Below are positions 23,148-31,424 of a stretch of 49,739 nt of DNA, one piece after another. Location: NCBI GenBank assembly GCA_938022295.1, contig CALIDR010000126.1, forward strand, positions 1 to 49,739, written 5' to 3'. The stretch comes from an uncultured Burkholderiaceae bacterium. GTDB taxonomy: Bacteria; Pseudomonadota; Gammaproteobacteria; Burkholderiales; Burkholderiaceae_C. The notes under the pieces were generated by a model that worked only from the letters and a program-made list of their open reading frames with translations, searched no databases and was not told the origin of the DNA. Position numbers and translations under genes: made by a program. Every line of letters begins with the position of its first letter. Position 1 is the first letter of the stretch.

Positions 23148-24827
23148 ATGCACCACCGTTCCCCGTTCGATCGCCGCGCCTTCCTGCGCGGCCTTTCCGC
23201 GGCCGCCGTGCTGGCGCCGGCCGCCGTCCGCGCCGCGGCCCATGCGCCGCGCGACCCGGTGTTCACGCACGGCGTGGCCAGCGGCGATCCGCTGGCCGAT
23301 CGCGTGATCCTGTGGACGCGCATCGCGCCGCGGCCCGCCCCGCAGCACCCGGTGCAGTGGGAAGTCGCGCTCGACCCCGGCTTCCGCCGCGTCGTGCGCC
23401 GCGGCACCGCGTTCGCCCGCGCCGCGGCCGACTGGACGGTCAAGGTCGACGCCACCGGCCTGCCGCCCGGCGCGGTGCTGCACTACCGCTTTCACGCGCT
23501 GGGCCGCATGTCGCCGACCGGGCGCACGAAGACGCTGCCGACGCACCCCGTGCACCAGGTGCGGCTGGCGGTGTTCTCGTGCTCGAACCATCCGGCCGGC
23601 TTCTTCCACGCCTACGCCGAAGCGGCGCGCGTCGCCGACCTCGACGCCGCGGTTCATCTCGGCGACTACATCTACGAATACGGCCGCGGCGGCTACGCGT
23701 CGGAGGACGCCGCCGCGCTCGGCCGGCTGTCGGATCCGCCGACCGAGGTCGTCGCCCTGGCCGACTACCGGCGCCGCTACGCGCAGTACCGCAGCGACCC
23801 CGACCTGCAGGCGCTGCACGCCGCGGTGCCGATGATCGCGGTGTGGGACGACCACGAGATCGCCAACGACGCCTGGCGCGAAGGCGCCGAGAACCACCAG
23901 CCGGCCACCGAAGGCCCGTTCGAAGCGCGCAAGGCCGCGGCGCTGCAGGCCTACCACGAGTGGATGCCCACGCGCCTGGCCGAGCCCGCGCGGCCGGAGC
24001 GCCTGTGGCGCTCGTTTACCTTCGCCCAGCTCGTCGACCTGCACATGCTCGACACGCGGCTCGTCGGCCGCGACCTGCAGCTCGACTACCGAGACTACGT
24101 CGGCCCGGCGGGCTTCGACGCCGCGCGCTTCGCGGCCGACGTCGCGAACCCCGCGCGCCAGCTGCTCGGCGCCGAGCAGGCGGCGTGGCTCACGCAGCGC
24201 ATGGCGGCCACCCGCGCGCGGTGGACGGTGCTCGGCCAGCAGGTGCTGATGGGACGCATGAACGTGCCGGCGCCGCTCGTCTTCTTCCAGATCGGCTTCT
24301 CCGACTACGCCGCGCTGCTGTTCAAGGCGCAGACGGCGCCGCAGACGCTGACGCCGCAGGAGCGCGCGATCCTCGCCCAGCCGGCGATCCCGTACAACCT
24401 CGACGCCTGGGACGGTTACGCGGCGGCGCGCGAGGCGGTGCTGGGCGCCGCGCGCACGCTCGACAAGAACCTCGTCGTGCTCGCCGGCGACACCCACAAC
24501 GCATGGGCCAACGACCTGCAGGACGCGGCCGGCCGCCAGGTCGGCGTCGAGTTCGCCGCGCCGTCGGTCAGCTCGCCGGGCCTCGAGGCGTTCTTCCCGA
24601 ACGAGAACCCGGCCGCGTTCGCCGCCGGGCTCGAGCAGCTGATCGGCCCGCTGCGCTACGCGAACACGAAGGACCGCGGCTTCCTCCTCGTCACGGCGAC
24701 GCCCGACGAATGCCGTGCCGAGTGGCGGTTCGTCAGCACCGTCAAGCAGGCGGCGTACGCGGCGTTCACCGGCCGCACGCTGCGCGTGCTGCCCGGTGCC
24801 GGGCAACGGCGCATCGTCGAGGCCTGA
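23148..24827 (+). CDS. phoD: Alkaline phosphatase D, Tat-exported
   Basis: FDRRAFL Tat motif, FTHGVASGDP, HLGDYIYEY, WDDHE, LDTR, DAWDGY, LAGDTH. Confidence 0.95.
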   Translation: MHHRSPFDRRAFLRGLSAAAVLAPAAVRAAAHAPRDPVFTHGVASGDPLADRVILWTRIAPRPAPQHPVQWEVALDPGFRRVVRRGTAFARAAADWTVKVDATGLPPGAVLHYRFHALGRMSPTGRTKTLPTHPVHQVRLAVFSCSNHPAGFFHAYAEAARVADLDAAVHLGDYIYEYGRGGYASEDAAALGRLSDPPTEVVALADYRRRYAQYRSDPDLQALHAAVPMIAVWDDHEIANDAWREGAENHQPATEGPFEARKAAALQAYHEWMPTRLAEPARPERLWRSFTFAQLVDLHMLDTRLVGRDLQLDYRDYVGPAGFDAARFAADVANPARQLLGAEQAAWLTQRMAATRARWTVLGQQVLMGRMNVPAPLVFFQIGFSDYAALLFKAQTAPQTLTPQERAILAQPAIPYNLDAWDGYAAAREAVLGAARTLDKNLVVLAGDTHNAWANDLQDAAGRQVGVEFAAPSVSSPGLEAFFPNENPAAFAAGLEQLIGPLRYANTKDRGFLLVTATPDECRAEWRFVSTVKQAAYAAFTGRTLRVLPGAGQRRIVEA

Positions 24828-24943
24828 TCGCGCGGATCCGACGGCAGACCTCGTCCGGCGTCGCCACGGCTGCCGCCGGGGCGGCGGGCGGTCGGCGTCG
24901 ACCGCGCGGGTAGCGCCGCGGCCTGCCCCCGCGGCCGTCACCG

Positions 24944-26074
24944 ATGCAGGCGTTCAGCGATTTCCTGGGCCGCCACCTCGGCGTCGTGCCGTGGGTGGCG
25001 ACGCTGATCGCCATCGCGCTGCTGACCGTCGCCGTCAACCAGGTCGCGCAGTTCGGGCTGCGCCGCATCGGCCGTGCGGCAGCGGCCTCGCCCGGCCTGT
25101 GGGCCGGGCCGCTCGTGCGCAGCGCCGCGCGCCCGCTGCTGGCCGCGCTGTGGGCGATCGGCCTGGGCTGGATGGCGCGCGTGGCGCAGCGCGAAAGCGA
25201 GTTCGCGTTCGTCGAACAGGCACTCGCGCTGCGCGACGTCGTGCTCGTCGCCTGCGCGGCGTGGTTCCTCGTCGAGCTCGCCGGCGAGGTCGGCGAGCGG
25301 GTCGTCGCACGGCGTCGGGCCCAGGGCGAGGAAGTCGACGTCACCACCGTCGACGCGCTGGTCAAGCTCGCCCGGCTGATCGCCGTCGTCGCAGCGGTGC
25401 TCGTCGCCGCGCAGACGCTGGGCTTCCAGATCGCGGGGCTGCTCGCGCTCGGCGGCGTCGGCGGGCTGGCGGTGGGACTGGCCGCGCGCGACCTGCTGGC
25501 CAACTTCTTCGGCGGGTTCACGATCTACCTCGACCGCCCGTTCAGCGTCGGCGAGTGGATCCGCAGCCCCGACAAGAGCCTCGAAGGCGTCGTCGAGCAC
25601 ATCAGCTGGCGCCACACGCGCATCCGCGCCTTCAACAAGAACCCGATCTACGTGCCCAACGCCGTGTTCACGAGCATCGTCGTCGAGAACCCGTCGCGGA
25701 TGAGCCACCGCCGCATCCGCGAGACGATCGGCGTGCGCTACCGCGACTTCGACGCCGTGCCGGCGATCGTCGACGACATCCGCCGGATGCTGCGCGAACA
25801 CCCGGCGATCGACGGCACGCAGACGCTGATCGTCAGCTTCACGCAGTTCGGCGCGTCGTCGCTCGACATCCTCGTCTACGCCTTCACGACGACGACCGGG
25901 TGGGTCGACTACCAGGCGCTGAAGCAGGACCTGCTGCTGCGCATTGGCCGCATCGTGGCCGCCCGCGGCGCCGAGATCGCGTTCCCGACCCGCACGCTGC
26001 ACGTCGCGGCGGACGCGGCCGCGGCGCCGTCGCCGCAGCACGCGGACCCGGCCGCGACACGCGCGGGCCGGTGA
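24944..26074 (+). CDS. MscS family mechanosensitive channel (YnaI-like)
   Basis: GGVGGLAVGLAARDLLANFFGG, DRPFSVGEWI, YVPN, IAFPTRTL. Confidence 0.93.
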   Translation: MQAFSDFLGRHLGVVPWVATLIAIALLTVAVNQVAQFGLRRIGRAAAASPGLWAGPLVRSAARPLLAALWAIGLGWMARVAQRESEFAFVEQALALRDVVLVACAAWFLVELAGEVGERVVARRRAQGEEVDVTTVDALVKLARLIAVVAAVLVAAQTLGFQIAGLLALGGVGGLAVGLAARDLLANFFGGFTIYLDRPFSVGEWIRSPDKSLEGVVEHISWRHTRIRAFNKNPIYVPNAVFTSIVVENPSRMSHRRIRETIGVRYRDFDAVPAIVDDIRRMLREHPAIDGTQTLIVSFTQFGASSLDILVYAFTTTTGWVDYQALKQDLLLRIGRIVAARGAEIAFPTRTLHVAADAAAAPSPQHADPAATRAGR

Positions 26075-26198
26075 TCGGCGCGGCGCGCGCTGCACCGGTC
26101 GCGCTGCGCCAGCGGCCGCGCTTCGCACCGACATCGAAACGTCACGCCGCTGGCGGAGCATGAACCCTCCGTACCCTTGGCCCGCGAAGGAGCACGAC

Positions 26199-27725
26199 AT
26201 GTGGGACGCCATCGTCATCGGCTCGGGAATCGGCGGGCTCGCCGCCGCGGCGGCGCTGGGCAAGCGCGGCAAGCGGGTGCTGGTGCTCGAGCAGCACCAC
26301 ACGCCGGGCGGGCAGACGCAGACGTTCCGCCGCCACGACTGGGTGTTCCCCACCGGCGTGCACTACCTGGGGGGCGCGGGGCCTCATCCGGGCCCCGAAG
26401 GCTGGTTCGGCCGCCTGCTGGGCTGGCTCACCGACGGCGAGCTGCGGTTCGCGCCGCTGGCCAACCCGTACGACATCGTGCGGCTGCCGGACTTCGAGTT
26501 CGGCATCGAACACCCCGAAGCGGCGTTCCGCGACGCGCTGCTGCGCGCCTTCCCGCACGAGCGCGGCGCGATCGTCGGCTGGTTCGAGGCCAGCGCCGAC
26601 GCGCGGCGCGCCGCGATGACGCTGATGCAGCTGCACAGCGTGCCGTCGTGGCTGGCCGCGGGGCTGCGGCTGCTGCGCGGTGCACAGGCCCGGCGCTGGG
26701 CCGAACGCACGCTGGCCGACGAGCTGGCCCGCATCGCCGACCCGCGGCTGCGCGCGGTGCTCGGCGCGCGCTGGGGCGACCACGGCGCGCCGCCGGCCGG
26801 GGCGCCGTTCGCCGAGCACGCGCTCGTGATGCACGCCTACGACGCCGGCGCGTACTACCCGGTGGGCGGCCCGGCGCGTTTCGCCGAGACGCTGCGCCGC
26901 CCGGTCGAGGCCGCCGGCGGCGAGCTGCGCGTGGGCGCCGACGTGCAGCACATCGTCGTGCGCGACGGCCGCGCCGCCGGCGTCGGCGTCGAGCACGGCG
27001 GCCAGCGGCGCGAGGAGAGCGGACGCTGGGTGATCTCGGCGGCCGGGGTGCCGAACACGGTGGCCCTGCTCGACGACGAGGTCGCCGCCGCCTGGCAGGA
27101 CACGCTGGCGGCCTTGAGGCCCGGTCACGCCCACCTGGCCCTGTTCATCGGGTTCGAAGGCGACGTCGCCGCTGCCGGCGCGAGCACGGCCAACCGCTGG
27201 GTGATGGAAAGCGAAGACGTCGGCCGCGTCTGGGGCGATCCGGCGGACGAGGACGCACCGGGATTCTTCGTCAGCTTCTCGTCGCTGAAGGATCCGGCCT
27301 GGAGCGGACCGCCTTCGGCCGAGGTCGTGGCGATCGTCGACCACGCGGTCTTCGCACGCTTCCTCGCCGAGCCCGACGCCACGCGCAGCGACGAGTACCT
27401 GGCCTACAAGGACTGGGTGGCCGAGCGGCTGCTCGCGCAGTGGAAGCGCCACTTTCCGGCGCTGGCGCCGATGGTGCGCTTCCACGAGCTGGCCACCCCG
27501 CTGACGCACCGCCGCTACGTGCGCACGCCGCAGGGCTCGATGTACGGCCTCGAGCTGTCGGCCGAGCGCCTGGCGTCGCCCGCGCTGCACATCCACACGC
27601 CGCTGCCGGGGCTGCTGCTGGCGGGGCAGGACGTCTTCGGCCCCGGCGTGCCGGCGGCGTTCACGAGCGGCCTGCTCGCCGCCGCGCACGCGGAGCCGGC
27701 GCTGTTCGCGCAGCTGCGCGGCTGA
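26199..27725 (+). CDS. FAD-dependent oxidoreductase of the phytoene desaturase/retinol saturase family
   Basis: DAIVIGSGIGG, LEQH..PGG, GVHYLG, GAYYPVGG, ATPLT, GSMYGL, LAGQDV; AAGGAG RBS. Confidence 0.85.
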   Translation: MWDAIVIGSGIGGLAAAAALGKRGKRVLVLEQHHTPGGQTQTFRRHDWVFPTGVHYLGGAGPHPGPEGWFGRLLGWLTDGELRFAPLANPYDIVRLPDFEFGIEHPEAAFRDALLRAFPHERGAIVGWFEASADARRAAMTLMQLHSVPSWLAAGLRLLRGAQARRWAERTLADELARIADPRLRAVLGARWGDHGAPPAGAPFAEHALVMHAYDAGAYYPVGGPARFAETLRRPVEAAGGELRVGADVQHIVVRDGRAAGVGVEHGGQRREESGRWVISAAGVPNTVALLDDEVAAAWQDTLAALRPGHAHLALFIGFEGDVAAAGASTANRWVMESEDVGRVWGDPADEDAPGFFVSFSSLKDPAWSGPPSAEVVAIVDHAVFARFLAEPDATRSDEYLAYKDWVAERLLAQWKRHFPALAPMVRFHELATPLTHRRYVRTPQGSMYGLELSAERLASPALHIHTPLPGLLLAGQDVFGPGVPAAFTSGLLAAAHAEPALFAQLRG

Positions 27726-27818
27726 GCGCCGCTGCACCGGCGGCGGATCGACGACGACGCGCGTCGCGCGGCGGCACGCGCCGAGCCGCGCCGCGCCCGC
27801 GCACGCCGCCGCCGGCGG

Positions 27819-27850
27819 CCCATCAAATCTTCACAAGACCTCGATAACGT
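27819..27850 (+). promoter_or_regulatory. Putative PHO box promoter of the glycosyltransferase-radical SAM-MFS operon
   Basis: CCCAT-caaatc-TTCAC-(10 bp)-TAACGT, same geometry as the phoX and phoD promoters. Confidence 0.62.
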
Positions 27851-27888
27851 TCGAAGGGTTCGGGATCGGCGCCGGAAGGAGTGATGCG

Positions 27889-29064
27889 ATGGCGACGCAA
27901 GCAAGCCCGCGGCCGCGAAATCGGCGAGGCGCCCGCATCCTCTACGCCGTACACGGCTACGGGCGCGGCCACGCGACGCGCTCGCTGGCGCTGCTCGCGG
28001 AACTGCGCCCGCGTCACGAACTGCTCGTGCTCGCCGGCGGCGACGCCTACCAGACGATGGCGTCCGAATGGCCCGTCGTGCGCATCCCCACGCTCGGCTT
28101 CGCCTACGGCGCGCGCAGCGGCCGGCGCAGCAACTGGCACACGCTGCGCTACAACCTGCCAGCGGCGCTGGATGCCTGGTGGCGCGGCCCGGTGTTCGCG
28201 ATGGTCGCCGACGCGATGCGCGCCTTCGCGCCCGACGTCGTGATCTCCGACGCCGAGACCTGGTCGCACCGGGTGGCCGCCAGGCTCGGCGTGCCGCGCA
28301 TCGGCTTCGACCACATCGGCATCCTCGCCCACTGCCGCCCCGACGTCGACCCGCGCGACCGCGTCGAGGCCGCGCTCGACGTCTTCGTCTACCGCGCGCT
28401 GATGGGGCGTCCCGAGCGGGTCCTCGTCTCCAGCTTCTACGACGCGCCGCCGCGCCACGCCGGCGTGCGCGTCGTGCCGACGCTGCCGCGGCGCGAGGTG
28501 CGCGACGCCGTCGCCTGCGACGGCGAGCACCTGCTCGTGTACCTGAACCAGGGCCATCACCAGTTCGACGACCGGCTGCGCGCCGTGCTGGGCCAGCTCG
28601 GGCTGCCGGTGCACGTGTACGGCACGCCGTGGCGCGGCCAGCAGGGGCGGCTGCACTTCATGCCGCCGGGCAACCGCAGCTTCGTCGACGACCTCGCCGC
28701 CTGCCGCGCGGTGCTCAGCACCGCGGGCAACCAGCTCGTCGGCGAGGCGATGCACCTGGGCAAGCCGCTGCTCGTGATGCCGGAGGACTGCGTCGAGCAG
28801 CGGCTCAACGCCCGCGCGGTCGAGCGCCTGGGCATCGGCATGCGCGTCGAGCCGCGCGCGCTCACGGCGGCGCACCTGCAACGGCTGCTGCAGCAGCGCG
28901 ACGCGTTCGCGGCGCGCATGCGCGAGCTGCGCCGCGACGGCCTGGCCGAAGCGGTCGCGGCGATCGAGGGTTTCGTCGCCGAGCTCGCCGGCTCGACGCC
29001 GGGATCGCGGCTGACGCAGCCGCCCCTGCTGCCGGCCTTCGCACCGCAGCGGGCGCCGACGTGA
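27889..29064 (+). CDS. GT-B glycosyltransferase, MJ1255/VC2487 (Glyco_trans_1_3)-like
   Basis: ILYAVHGYGRGHATRS, PDVVISDAE, LLVYL, TAGNQLVGEAMHLGKPLLVMP, EQRLNA; AAGGAG RBS. Confidence 0.85.
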   Translation: MATQASPRPRNRRGARILYAVHGYGRGHATRSLALLAELRPRHELLVLAGGDAYQTMASEWPVVRIPTLGFAYGARSGRRSNWHTLRYNLPAALDAWWRGPVFAMVADAMRAFAPDVVISDAETWSHRVAARLGVPRIGFDHIGILAHCRPDVDPRDRVEAALDVFVYRALMGRPERVLVSSFYDAPPRHAGVRVVPTLPRREVRDAVACDGEHLLVYLNQGHHQFDDRLRAVLGQLGLPVHVYGTPWRGQQGRLHFMPPGNRSFVDDLAACRAVLSTAGNQLVGEAMHLGKPLLVMPEDCVEQRLNARAVERLGIGMRVEPRALTAAHLQRLLQQRDAFAARMRELRRDGLAEAVAAIEGFVAELAGSTPGSRLTQPPLLPAFAPQRAPT

Positions 29065-30143
29065 ACCCGGCCCGCCTCGCGCTCGACGTCGTGCGCAACC
29101 GCGCCGGCGCGGTGCCGCGGCCACGCTGGTGCACCTACCTCGTGTGCTTCCGCTGCAACGCGCGCTGCGGCATGTGCGACTCGTGGAAGATGAAGCGCGG
29201 CGCCGAGATGACGCCGGCGCAGGTGCGCGACGTCTTCGGCCGCATCGGCAGGCTCGACGTCGTGCGGCTGACCGGCGGCGAGCCGTTCCTGCGCGACGAC
29301 TTCGCCGACGTCGCGCAGGCGGTGTTCGAGGCATCGCGGCCGGCCGTCGTCCACGTCACGACCAACGGCTCGTTCCCGGACCGCGTGGCCGAGTTCGCGC
29401 GCCGGTTCACCGCCCCGCGGCGGCTGCGCTTCATGGTCTCGCTCGACGGCCTCGAGGCCACCCACGACGCCAACCGCGGCGCCGACGTGCGCTTCGCCAC
29501 CGCGCTGGACACCGTGCGCCGGCTGGCCGGCGAGCGCGCGCGCGGCGTGCGGGTCAGCGTCAACCACACCGTGATCTCGCGCGCCTCGCTGGCCGACCAC
29601 GACGAGCTGGCGCGGCAGTGCGGCGCGCTCGGCGTCGAGGTGCAGGCGGTGCTGGCCTACGAGGAGTCGTCGATGTACGGCCGGCGGCGGCACGGCGGGC
29701 GCAGCGACGACCTGATCCCGATCCGCGGCTACCCGCTGCATCCGGCGCTGCCGGCCGACGAGGCGCTTCGGTTCGCGCGCCGCCAGCTCGACGGCGTGGC
29801 CGCGCTGCGCGACCCGGCGCTGCGCATCGGCAAGCGCTACTACCTGCGCGGCCTCGTGCAGCGCCTCGAAGGTGCGGCGCAGCCCCGGCCACGGCCGCGT
29901 TGCGTCGCCCTGCGCAGCCACCTGCGCCTGCTGCCCGACGGCAGCGTGCCGGTGTGCCAGTTCAACACCGAGAAGGTCGGGCACCTGCCCACGCAGGCGT
30001 TCGACGAAGTCTGGCGCGGCGCGGCTGCGCGCGAGCAGCGCGCCTGGGTCGACGCCTGCACCGGCTGCTGGGCCGAGTGCGAAGTGGTCCCGAACGCGGT
30101 CTATTCGGGCGACATCGTGCGCGAGGTGTTCCGCGGACGCTGA
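29061..30143 (+). CDS. Radical SAM protein with a C-terminal SPASM/twitch domain
   Basis: CNARCGMC (CX3CX2C), LTGGEPFLR, TTNG, VSLDG, C...PDGSVPVC...CTGCWAEC; GTGA overlap with the GT gene. Confidence 0.92.
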   Translation: MNPARLALDVVRNRAGAVPRPRWCTYLVCFRCNARCGMCDSWKMKRGAEMTPAQVRDVFGRIGRLDVVRLTGGEPFLRDDFADVAQAVFEASRPAVVHVTTNGSFPDRVAEFARRFTAPRRLRFMVSLDGLEATHDANRGADVRFATALDTVRRLAGERARGVRVSVNHTVISRASLADHDELARQCGALGVEVQAVLAYEESSMYGRRRHGGRSDDLIPIRGYPLHPALPADEALRFARRQLDGVAALRDPALRIGKRYYLRGLVQRLEGAAQPRPRPRCVALRSHLRLLPDGSVPVCQFNTEKVGHLPTQAFDEVWRGAAAREQRAWVDACTGCWAECEVVPNAVYSGDIVREVFRGR

Positions 30144-30156
30144 AGCGACGCCGACG

Positions 30157-31401
30157 ATCGCGACCGCGCACCGGCGCGCGCGGTGGCGCGTCGGCGCGCT
30201 GTTCGTCGCGTCGTGCGCGCGTGCCGCGGCCGACGCCGGGCTGCGGCTGTTCGTCGTGCTGCTGGCCGCCGCGGGCTCGCCGGCCGAACGCGAGTCGGCG
30301 TGGCACCTGGTGATGGCGCTGTTCATGCTGCCGGCGGTGCTGATGGCGCCGCTCGCCGGCGCGGTCGGCAACAGCCTGCCCCGGCGCGCGGTGCTCGCCG
30401 GGTCGGCCGCGTTCGCGCTGGCCGCGATGCTCGCATTCGGGCTTCACGGCGGCGCGTGGCACCTGGCGGTCGTGCTCGTCGCGCTCGGCAGCGCGGTGTT
30501 CGTCCCCGCGCGCTTCGCGCTGCTGCCCGCGGCCGCGACCGACGCCGGCTGGCCGCTGATGAGGGTGGCAGCCTGGATCGAGGGCGGCGCGGTGCTGGCG
30601 ATGGCCTCGGGCATGGTGCTCGCCGGCGTGCTGGCGACGGTCGGGCCGTGGGGCGGCGTGCCGGCGACGCTGTGGGCGCTGTGGCTGCTGGGCCTGCTGT
30701 GCCTGGTGGCGTCGTGGCCGGCACGGTTCGCCGCCGACCGGCCGCGCCCCCAGGCACCGGGTGCCGCGCTGCGCGGCTTCTTCACCGACCTGCGCCGCAT
30801 CGCGGCCGACCGCGGCGCCCTCGTGCCGCTGCTCGCGCTGGCCGCACTGCGCGGCCTGGCGGCCGCGGCGGTCGGCGCGTTGATCGCCGCGGTGCTCGAC
30901 CGCGAGGGCGGCGGGCCTCAGGCGGCGTACGCGGCGCTGCTGTCGGTGGCGCTGCTGTCGATGGCCGGCGCCGGCGCCGGGTCGGCGCTCGCCGGGCTGC
31001 TGCGCGACCGCGGCCGCGCGCTGGCGCTGGTGCCGTTCGGCGCCAGCGGCATCGCGGCCGCGCTGCTCGCCGTCGCCCAGGCGCCAACGGTCCCGCCGTC
31101 GGCCTGCCTCGTCGTCGGGCTGCTCGGAGGTCTCGTCAACGTGCCGCTGCTGGTCGCCTACCAGAGCGCCGTGCCGGCCGACGCGCGCGGCAACGGCATG
31201 GCGATCCTGAACGCCGCTGGCTACCTGGGCATCGGCATGCTCGCGCTCGCGATGGCGGCGCTGAGCGCGTCGGCGACGCTATCGGCCACCGGCCAGCTCG
31301 TCGTGCTCGCCGCGCTCGCCGGCGCCGGCGCCGCAGTGGCGTGGTGGCGGCTGCTGCCGCGCGTGCGCGACCTGCTGCGCGGCCGTCGCGCATGGTCGTA
31401 G
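30157..31401 (+). CDS. MFS transporter, LplT/Aas-MFS-like (start codon uncertain)
   Basis: About 12 hydrophobic segments; LFMLPAVLMAPLAGAVGNSLPRR, FVPARFALLP, NVPLLVAYQSAVPADARGNGMAILN. Confidence 0.75.
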   Translation: MATAHRRARWRVGALFVASCARAAADAGLRLFVVLLAAAGSPAERESAWHLVMALFMLPAVLMAPLAGAVGNSLPRRAVLAGSAAFALAAMLAFGLHGGAWHLAVVLVALGSAVFVPARFALLPAAATDAGWPLMRVAAWIEGGAVLAMASGMVLAGVLATVGPWGGVPATLWALWLLGLLCLVASWPARFAADRPRPQAPGAALRGFFTDLRRIAADRGALVPLLALAALRGLAAAAVGALIAAVLDREGGGPQAAYAALLSVALLSMAGAGAGSALAGLLRDRGRALALVPFGASGIAAALLAVAQAPTVPPSACLVVGLLGGLVNVPLLVAYQSAVPADARGNGMAILNAAGYLGIGMLALAMAALSASATLSATGQLVVLAALAGAGAAVAWWRLLPRVRDLLRGRRAWS

Positions 31402-31424
31402 GACTGCCGCCACCAGGCCGGCGG

